Positions 23,429-30,818 of a stretch of DNA of 64,000 nucleotides are shown here, in pieces. The notes beneath the pieces are model-generated. The model saw nothing but the letters and a program-made list of their open reading frames with translations. It was not told the DNA's origin and did no database searches. The stretch comes from an uncultured Bacteroidales bacterium. Lineage in GTDB: Bacteria > Bacteroidota > Bacteroidia > Bacteroidales > Bacteroidaceae. A program made the position numbers and the translations under genes. Position 1 is the first letter of the stretch; every line of letters begins with the position of its first letter. The stretch lies in the NCBI GenBank assembly GCA_902796835.1, contig CADBQP010000027.1:29712-93711 (forward strand), given 5' to 3'.

Positions 23429-23896
23429 TCAAATAACTGTTGTTAAAACTTTTTGTGTTTGCCGGCGACGAAATTCGATGTATTTTTCGCGCAATGACTT
23501 ATCTTGTAAAGCCAGGATGCTCACCGCCAATAGTGCCGCATTCGTTGCACCATCGATGGCCACCGTTGCTACTGGAACGCCGCTTGGCATCTGCACCATC
23601 GATAGCAAACTGTCGAGGCCATCTAAAGTCTTTGAACGTACAGGCACTCCAATGACAGGGAGCTGTGTCAAACCGGCTATCACACCGGCCAGATGGGCAG
23701 CGCCCCCTGCTCCGGCAATGATGACGCTCAATCCGCGAGCTTCGCTCGATTCCGCCCATTCCATTAATGCATGTGCTGCACGATGAGCAGAAATCACGCG
23801 TTTCTCAACTTCAATACCAAATGATTCAAGGGTATCAATCGCAGCTTGCATTACTGGCAGGTCGCTGGCCGAACCCATAATAACTCCTACTTTCAT
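23429..23896 (-). CDS. purE: N5-CAIR mutase (class I-type PurE)
   Basis: [39 protein letters not shown]. Confidence 0.95.
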   Translation of the reverse strand: MKVGVIMGSASDLPVMQAAIDTLESFGIEVEKRVISAHRAAHALMEWAESSEARGLSVIIAGAGGAAHLAGVIAGLTQLPVIGVPVRSKTLDGLDSLLSMVQMPSGVPVATVAIDGATNAALLAVSILALQDKSLREKYIEFRRRQTQKVLTTVI

Positions 23897-23897
23897 G

Positions 23898-25424
23898 TTA
23901 TTCCCATTCAATGGTAGAGGGTGGTTTTGACGAAATGTCATAACATACTCGATTCACACCTTTTACCTTGTTAATAATTTCATTGCTTATTTTCGCCAAT
24001 ACCTCATAGGGTATGTGTGCCCAATCGGCTGTCATTGCATCGCTCGAAGTCACAGCACGCAAGGCAATCGGATTCTCATATGTACGTTCATCGCCCATCA
24101 CGCCTACCGACCGCACTTCGCTCAACAATATCGCACCTGCTTGCCATATTTCGTCGTAGAGCCCCGCTTCGCGCAGAGCATTTATATAAATGGCATCGGC
24201 CTCTTGGAGGATACGTATCTTTTCGCGTGTGATATCACCCAGGATACGAACTGCCAAACCTGGCCCGGGGAAGGGATGCCGGGCGATCAGATGCTCGGGC
24301 ATGCCCAGACTACGGCCCACACGGCGCACCTCGTCTTTGAACAGCCACTTAATCGGTTCGCACAGCTGCAAGTGCATCTCCCTGGGCAGACCTCCCACGT
24401 TATGATGGCTCTTAATAACCTTTCCAGTTATATTGAGACTCTCTATGCGATCGGGATAGATTGTTCCTTGTGCCAGCCATTTGGCATCAGTGATCTTCTT
24501 CGCTTCGGCATTGAACACTTCCACGAAATCGCGACCAATAATCTTACGTTTTTGCTCTGGCTCCTTGACTCCTTCCAAATCGTTCAAAAACTTTTCGCTG
24601 GCATCCACACCGATTACATTCAGCCCCAGTCCTTCGTAATCGTGCATTACATTGTTGAACTCATTTTTACGCAGCATTCCGTGGTCCACGAAGATGCAGG
24701 TGAGCTGACTGCCTATGGCCCGGTTCAAAAGCGCGGCCACCACAGATGAGTCGACACCGCCGGACAGGCCTAAAATGACACGATCGCGACCGATTTGCTC
24801 GCGCAACTCCGCTACCGTGGTCTCTACAAACTTTTCGGGGCTCCATTCCTGGCGTGAACCGCAGACATCGACTACGAAATTCCTCAGCAACAACGTTCCT
24901 TGCAGGGTATGAAACACTTCCGGGTGGAATTGGGTGCCAAAGACGGGTTGCGACTCGGGAATGTAATAGGCTGCATTTGCCACCGTCTCGGTAGAAGCGG
25001 CGAGGATTGCTCCTCGGGGTAGCTTCGTGATGCTGTCGCCGTGCGACATCCACACTTGCGAGCGTTCGTCGAATCCTTTGAATAGCGGACAGGTATAATC
25101 TACATTTTGCAACTGCTGGCGGCCATATTCACGGGTTCCGGCATTTTCTACTTTCCCGCCATAACTATGGCTGATTAATTGCGCACCGTAGCAGATGCCG
25201 AGAATGGGGAAACGACCCCGAATTCGGTTCAAATCGATATGAAACGCATCGGCCTGATAGACACTTAGCGGCGAACCACTCAGGATTACTCCGATAACAT
25301 CCTTGTCGTCGTCGGGAAACTTGTTATACGGGAAAATCTCACAGAACGTGTTCAGCTCGCGCACACGGCGGCCTATGAGTTGTGTGGTTTGGCTGCCAAA
25401 ATCCAAAATAATGATTTTCTGCAT
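23898..25424 (-). CDS. guaA: GMP synthase (glutamine-hydrolysing)
   Basis: [39 protein letters not shown]. Confidence 0.98.
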   Translation of the reverse strand: MQKIIILDFGSQTTQLIGRRVRELNTFCEIFPYNKFPDDDKDVIGVILSGSPLSVYQADAFHIDLNRIRGRFPILGICYGAQLISHSYGGKVENAGTREYGRQQLQNVDYTCPLFKGFDERSQVWMSHGDSITKLPRGAILAASTETVANAAYYIPESQPVFGTQFHPEVFHTLQGTLLLRNFVVDVCGSRQEWSPEKFVETTVAELREQIGRDRVILGLSGGVDSSVVAALLNRAIGSQLTCIFVDHGMLRKNEFNNVMHDYEGLGLNVIGVDASEKFLNDLEGVKEPEQKRKIIGRDFVEVFNAEAKKITDAKWLAQGTIYPDRIESLNITGKVIKSHHNVGGLPREMHLQLCEPIKWLFKDEVRRVGRSLGMPEHLIARHPFPGPGLAVRILGDITREKIRILQEADAIYINALREAGLYDEIWQAGAILLSEVRSVGVMGDERTYENPIALRAVTSSDAMTADWAHIPYEVLAKISNEIINKVKGVNRVCYDISSKPPSTIEWE

Positions 25425-25435
25425 GCGGGTGTTTC

Positions 25436-26899
25436 TTATTGTTGTGAATAATTAGGCGCTTCGGAAGTGATGGTGATATCGTGGGGGTGGCTTTCAAACA
25501 TTCCGGCAGAAGTGATGCGCACGAATTTTGCCCGGCGCAGTTCCGCTAAGTCGTGTGCTCCCACATATCCCATTCCCGAGCGCAGACCGCCCATCAGTTG
25601 ATGAATCGTTTCGCAAATACTTCCCTTGTACGGCACGCGCCCTGTTATTCCCTCTGGCACCAACTTCGACACATTGCTTTCGCCGCCCTGGAAATAACGA
25701 TCGGCACTGCCGGCTTTCATTGCTTCGATGCTTCCCATGCCACGATAAGACTTGAACTTACGGCCATTGAAGATTATCGTATCGCCCGGTGCCTCGTCGG
25801 TTCCGGCAAACATTGAACCGCACATCACACAATTACCTCCGGCAGCCAGGGCCTTAACCACATCGCCAGAATAGCGCAGGCCTCCATCAGCAATCAGCGG
25901 CACATCAGTTCCCTTCAATACTTCTGCAACTTCGAAAATTGCACTTAGCTGCGGCACCCCCACTCCAGCAATGATACGAGTTGTACAAATACTGCCAGGA
26001 CCTATTCCCACCTTGATTCCATCGGCACCATGCTCTAATAGATATTTGGCAGCCTCTGCCGTTGCGATATTGCCAACTACTACATCCAAATCAGGATACT
26101 TTGCTTTAATAGCGCATAACGCATTAATGATGTTCCGACTGTGACCATGTGCCGAATCCAGCACGACGGCATCTACGTGCTCTTTCACCAAAGCATCCAC
26201 ACGGTCCATATAATCAGGCGTGATGCCCACTCCAGCTGCACAACGCAAATGGCCTTTCGCATCTTTATTGGCATTCGGATAGTCGCGCAGTTTGGTAATA
26301 TCTTTATACGTCACAAGGCCAATCAGTTTGTTATTGCTATCCACCACTGGCAACTTTTCAACTTTATTGGTCTGAAGTGCCTTCGTGATGGTTTGATTAT
26401 CCGTAGAAGTGATAGTTATCAAATTCTCGTTCGTCATCACTTCTTCTATAGGCCGATTCATATTCGTTTCAAAACGTAAATCCCGATTGGTTACAATACC
26501 TACCAACACATGCTGGTCGTCAACCACCGGAATACCTCCGATATGATTGTCATGCATCAACTGAAGCGCATCGCCTATCGTTTGATACCCATATATAGTC
26601 ACAGGGTCGGCTATCATACCATTTTCTGCACGCTTCACTCTGCGCACCTGCGCCGCTTGTTCGCTGATAGACATGTTTTTATGAATAACACCGATGCCAC
26701 CCTCTCGAGCAATAGCTATCGCCATGGTAGCCTCGGTCACTGTATCCATCGCGGCACTTACCAAAGGTATGTTGAGCGGTATGTGACGGGAAAACTGCCC
26801 ATGCAGGCATACTTCACGAGGTAGCACCTCGCTATAAGCGGGAACTAACAATACATCATCGAAGGTTAATCCTTCATTCATTATTCGGTCTTGATACAT
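25436..26899 (-). CDS. guaB: IMP dehydrogenase with CBS pair
   Basis: [25 protein letters not shown]. Confidence 0.98.
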   Translation of the reverse strand: MYQDRIMNEGLTFDDVLLVPAYSEVLPREVCLHGQFSRHIPLNIPLVSAAMDTVTEATMAIAIAREGGIGVIHKNMSISEQAAQVRRVKRAENGMIADPVTIYGYQTIGDALQLMHDNHIGGIPVVDDQHVLVGIVTNRDLRFETNMNRPIEEVMTNENLITITSTDNQTITKALQTNKVEKLPVVDSNNKLIGLVTYKDITKLRDYPNANKDAKGHLRCAAGVGITPDYMDRVDALVKEHVDAVVLDSAHGHSRNIINALCAIKAKYPDLDVVVGNIATAEAAKYLLEHGADGIKVGIGPGSICTTRIIAGVGVPQLSAIFEVAEVLKGTDVPLIADGGLRYSGDVVKALAAGGNCVMCGSMFAGTDEAPGDTIIFNGRKFKSYRGMGSIEAMKAGSADRYFQGGESNVSKLVPEGITGRVPYKGSICETIHQLMGGLRSGMGYVGAHDLAELRRAKFVRITSAGMFESHPHDITITSEAPNYSQQ

Positions 26900-26917
26900 A
26901 TCAGTAGGTTATTTTGT

Positions 26918-27973
26918 TTACAACATATGGTCGCAATAAAAGCAACGTTTGATACCATCGCCATCGAAGTAGCATTTCTGCTCTACGGGTTCTGTCGTCG
27001 CGATGCAACGATCATTATGGCATGGCATATCACTCGTTTGCACATGCCGATCAGAAGGTTCGGCTTGCAAATAATCATTGCTCAGCAGAGTATAGATAAT
27101 CGCTTTGCGCACAAACTTTCCGTTCTCTACTTGACGAAAATAAGCGGCTCGTAAATCATTGTCCACACCCACCGTAATTTCATTCACGCGTGGCAATGGA
27201 TGCAACACTATCATGGAGGGTTTTCCCATCGACATCAGTCGCTCATCCAAGATGAACGAGTCTTTCAGACGTTCGTATTCATCCGTGTCTGCAAAACGTT
27301 CTTGCTGCACACGTGTCATATAAAGGACATCTACTACTGGCATAGCTTCTTCCAATGTCTTCACTTCCGTATATGCCGAACCCAACTCGGCCTTCATATA
27401 GTCGGGCAGAGCCAGTTCCTGCGGGGCAATAAGCACAAAATGCACTCCCTCATAACGTCGCATAGCCTTGATGAGCGAATGAACGGTACGACCGTACTTG
27501 AGGTCGCCACACAAACCGATTGTCAGATGGTCGAAACGTCCCAATTCACGGCGGATAGTCAGCATGTCGGTCATAGTCTGTGTAGGGTGACTATGCCCAC
27601 CGTCGCCAGCGTTTATCACTGGAATACGACTAAACTCACTTGCCACACGCGGAGCTCCTTCTTTATAATGACGCATTGCAATGATGTCTGCGAAAGCACT
27701 CACCACACGTACTGTATCGGCCACCGTCTCGCCTTTGCTCACAGAAGAGGAACGTGCATCACTGAAACCCAACACCTGTCCTCCCAGTTCCATCATCGCA
27801 GCTGTAAAACTCAAGCGAGTTCGAGTGCTCGGCTCATAGAACAACGTCGCCAGTTTCTTTCCTTTGCATGCCTCGGCATACTGCCCAGGATGAGCAATGA
27901 TATCCAATGCACGCAAAACGATTTTCTCAATCTCCTGAGTTGTCAGGTCTGTCGAGTCTAATAGATGTCTCAT
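26918..27973 (-). CDS. pyrB: Aspartate carbamoyltransferase catalytic chain with C-terminal PyrI-like Zn-finger
   Basis: FYEPSTRTRLSF, HPTQT, GDLKYGRTVHSL, TRVQQER, HPLPR; tail CHNDRC...CFYC. Confidence 0.95.
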   Translation of the reverse strand: MRHLLDSTDLTTQEIEKIVLRALDIIAHPGQYAEACKGKKLATLFYEPSTRTRLSFTAAMMELGGQVLGFSDARSSSVSKGETVADTVRVVSAFADIIAMRHYKEGAPRVASEFSRIPVINAGDGGHSHPTQTMTDMLTIRRELGRFDHLTIGLCGDLKYGRTVHSLIKAMRRYEGVHFVLIAPQELALPDYMKAELGSAYTEVKTLEEAMPVVDVLYMTRVQQERFADTDEYERLKDSFILDERLMSMGKPSMIVLHPLPRVNEITVGVDNDLRAAYFRQVENGKFVRKAIIYTLLSNDYLQAEPSDRHVQTSDMPCHNDRCIATTEPVEQKCYFDGDGIKRCFYCDHML

Positions 27974-28002
27974 ATGTTATTTCTAAATTTCTTCTAACAT
28001 CA

Positions 28003-28698
28003 TCATGCAAACTCTTCTACACATCGTAGATAAGCCGCTACTGGGTCTGCTGCAGCCGTAATTGGACGACCCACTACAATAAAATCGCTTCCTATCTCTT
28101 TGGCACGGGAAGGAGTGGTAATGCGCACTTGGTCGTCCACCCGGCTGTCTGCAAAACGAATACCTGGCGTTACCGTCAAAAATGCTTTGCCACAATGCTT
28201 TTTAACCATTCCTGCTTCTAATGGCGAACAAACAACTCCATCCAGACCTGCCTCCTGAGCCATCTGAGCATAATGACAGACACAGTCTCTTATACTACCA
28301 TTAATAAGTAGCTCCTCATGCATACGCATCTCACTGGTGGACGTCAGTTGCGTAACTGCCAACAGAATTGGCCGTGTTCCGTCTTCTCGCGTCAAACCCT
28401 GCAATGCCGCTTCCATCATCGCTTTTGTACCAGCTGCATGCAGGTTGACCATATCGATATCCAAACTCGACAACACGGCCATCGCTTTCTGCACGGTATT
28501 CGGAATGTCGTGTAACTTTAAATCCAGAAAAATCTTATGCCCACGACGATGAATCTCGCGAACGATACTCGGTCCTTCAGCATAAAAGAGTTCCATTCCG
28601 ATCTTCACAAACGGCTTCTCCTCTGCAAAACGATCCAGAAACGCATACGTTTCCTTCGCACTTGCAAAATCACATGCTATAATCACATTGCTATTCAT
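28003..28698 (-). CDS. pyrF: Orotidine-5'-phosphate decarboxylase (~230-aa type)
   Basis: IIACD, VKIG, DLKLHDIPNTV, VTPGIR, VVGRPI. Confidence 0.96.
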   Translation of the reverse strand: MNSNVIIACDFASAKETYAFLDRFAEEKPFVKIGMELFYAEGPSIVREIHRRGHKIFLDLKLHDIPNTVQKAMAVLSSLDIDMVNLHAAGTKAMMEAALQGLTREDGTRPILLAVTQLTSTSEMRMHEELLINGSIRDCVCHYAQMAQEAGLDGVVCSPLEAGMVKKHCGKAFLTVTPGIRFADSRVDDQVRITTPSRAKEIGSDFIVVGRPITAAADPVAAYLRCVEEFA

Positions 28699-29605
28699 TG
28701 TTCACTATTCCTATAATATCTTCTAAATGCTCAATCTTCAATTCTTTCATCGCCCGTGGCAATGCTTCTATTATCGTCTGACAGGCTTTCGGATTTCGCA
28801 AACCAGCAGCGCCAATCTCTACGGCACTCGCTCCAGCCATCATCATTTCTATCACATCTTCTTCACTACTCACACCGCCGCATCCTATGATAGGTGTTCC
28901 AGGACATGCTTTGCTCACTTGGTTCACCATTCGAAGGGCAATGGGGAGCACTCCAGGTCCTGAATAGCCACCGTAACGATTTGCCAACACCGGTTTCCTA
29001 TGACGGATGTCTATTCGCATACCTAAAACGGTATTTATTAAACATAAGCCGTCGGCACCAGCATCTACACAGGCACGCGCAATGGAGGTTATATCTGTCA
29101 CATTCGGGCTTAACTTCATAAATACAGGTTTCCTCGTCGCCGCTTTCACCGCACCCGTCACTTCGGCTGCAGCTTCAGGAGAAGTGCCAAAAGCCATACC
29201 ACCGTTATGCACGTTCGGGCAAGAGATATTCACTTCTAGTATTGTTGCGTCTGTCTCCTTATCTATGCGTTCACACACGTAGGCATACTCTTCTATACTA
29301 AATCCGCTCACATTTGCGATAATCGGACCGTCGTAGAGACGGCGCAACTCAGGAATTTCATGTCGGACTACTTCCTCCACACCTGGATTCTGCAAACCTA
29401 CTGCATTCAGCATTCCCGTTGCTCCGCATTCAGCAATACGCGGACGTGCATTTCCCTGGCGCGCCTCGCGCGTTGTCCCTTTGATGGAAATAGCGCCTAA
29501 AATATTAAGGTCCATCCATTCACTCATTTCCACGCCGAAACCACACGTACCACTCGCCGGTATCACGGGATTCTTTAAAATAATATCTTTAAGTCGTACC
29601 TTCAT
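28691..29605 (-). CDS. pyrD: Dihydroorotate dehydrogenase family 1B catalytic subunit
   Basis: ASGTCG, NAVGLQNPG, NISCPNV, KLSPN, GCGGV; ATG overlaps the pyrK stop. Confidence 0.95.
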   Translation of the reverse strand: MKVRLKDIILKNPVIPASGTCGFGVEMSEWMDLNILGAISIKGTTREARQGNARPRIAECGATGMLNAVGLQNPGVEEVVRHEIPELRRLYDGPIIANVSGFSIEEYAYVCERIDKETDATILEVNISCPNVHNGGMAFGTSPEAAAEVTGAVKAATRKPVFMKLSPNVTDITSIARACVDAGADGLCLINTVLGMRIDIRHRKPVLANRYGGYSGPGVLPIALRMVNQVSKACPGTPIIGCGGVSSEEDVIEMMMAGASAVEIGAAGLRNPKACQTIIEALPRAMKELKIEHLEDIIGIVNNE

Positions 29606-30336
29606 CAAACATTCAACATTAAACATTCAACGTCAAACACAGGTCCTTCCTTACACACTCGTTTCATACCGTTTTTCGTTTCAATACTGCATCCGACGCA
29701 GATACCTACTCCGCAACCCATACGTTCCTCCATGCTCATCTGCCCGTTCGTGCCTATGGTTTGCACTATAGCTCGGAGCATCGGCATCGGACCACACGCA
29801 AAATAATAAGGAGCCGATTTCTTCAACACATCTGTCACTACGCCATGTTTACCGTAACTGCCATCTATCGTACAGACATCCACGCCGCAACCCAGATTCA
29901 AGAACATCTCCTCCGAAAACACCTCGCTTTTCGTGTTAAAACCTATCACTACGTGCACTCTCTTTCCACCTTCTCGCAACTTCTTTGCTAAGTATATCAG
30001 CGGCGGAACGCCAACTCCCCCACCAATCAACAACACTTCGTCCTCGGCCTTCGACATATCATAACCATTGCCCAAGCATGTCAGTAAATCCAGCTTCTCA
30101 TCTGGTCGCATCTGCGACATAATGACTGTTCCCTGTCCTACAGTCTTATAAATAAGCGTTAATCTATCACCATCCACATCACACACCGAAATCGGTCTGC
30201 GCAAGTAATGTCCCGGAACCAAAAGCTCAACAAACTGTCCGGGAACAATCCCACTCACGTCGCCTGTGAGTACCATCTTCCACACCCTCTCTGCGATGCG
30301 CTCATTTGACAACAAATGCCATTTATTCTGCTTCAT
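29605..30336 (-). CDS. pyrK: Dihydroorotate dehydrogenase electron-transfer subunit
   Basis: PGQFV, LRRPISV, GGGVGVPP, ACGP, MGCGVGICVGC...CKEGPVF (2Fe-2S). Confidence 0.95.
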   Translation of the reverse strand: MKQNKWHLLSNERIAERVWKMVLTGDVSGIVPGQFVELLVPGHYLRRPISVCDVDGDRLTLIYKTVGQGTVIMSQMRPDEKLDLLTCLGNGYDMSKAEDEVLLIGGGVGVPPLIYLAKKLREGGKRVHVVIGFNTKSEVFSEEMFLNLGCGVDVCTIDGSYGKHGVVTDVLKKSAPYYFACGPMPMLRAIVQTIGTNGQMSMEERMGCGVGICVGCSIETKNGMKRVCKEGPVFDVECLMLNV

Positions 30337-30679
30337 ACACTATGGGGCCTTTGTATTTATTCTTAAGAAAACTCAGAACAAAAGCGCTCATCTCCTTATA
30401 AACGAGTTCACCCTCGCCTTTTAGGCAGAGGGTGATACTTACGGACGGACGGGCGCCAATATGGTTGTCACATGTGAAATTTGCTGTTTTTGCCGCGAGA
30501 TGATCCAGATAATTTGGTGTGGGAGGGACATTCGGCATTGTAAAGACATTACCATCCCCTGCACGCTTGGCCGCAAGGCTACCAGAGCAGGTCGTCCCCT
30601 GATAAGCGAAACCCACCTGACGGATATGCACATGCAAATCCACTGGAGCAGGTTTTCGTATTTGGCCAAACAGTCTCAT
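30323..30679 (-). pseudogene. pyrC: Truncated, diverged dihydroorotase (PyrC N-terminal fragment) with intact 118-codon ORF
   Basis: DLHVHIRQVGFAY...G...AA.RAG...V.TMPN...P.P matches the DHOase DxHxHxREPG...GG...MPN pattern; ~300 aa missing. Confidence 0.75.
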
Positions 30680-30733
30680 ATCGATTTCTCACGTTTATAC
30701 TTCCGTTAGGGAAGCAGTATCAAAAATCACCTG

Positions 30734-30741
30734 CAAAGTTA
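30734..30741 (-). promoter_or_regulatory. -7 promoter element for the pyr/pur run
   Basis: TAACTTTG 54 nt upstream of the first ORF; weak -33 match. Confidence 0.65.
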
Positions 30742-30818
30742 CACATTCTTTTTTACCTACACGACTTTAATCTAAACATTTTTAAATGTTTTGTGTTACA
30801 AAGCCACAAATTGCAATT

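Noticed and set aside
30323-30679. ORF initially considered a stand-alone pyrI
   Set aside because: No PyrI Cys4 pattern; it carries the DxHxH and MPN motifs of dihydroorotase
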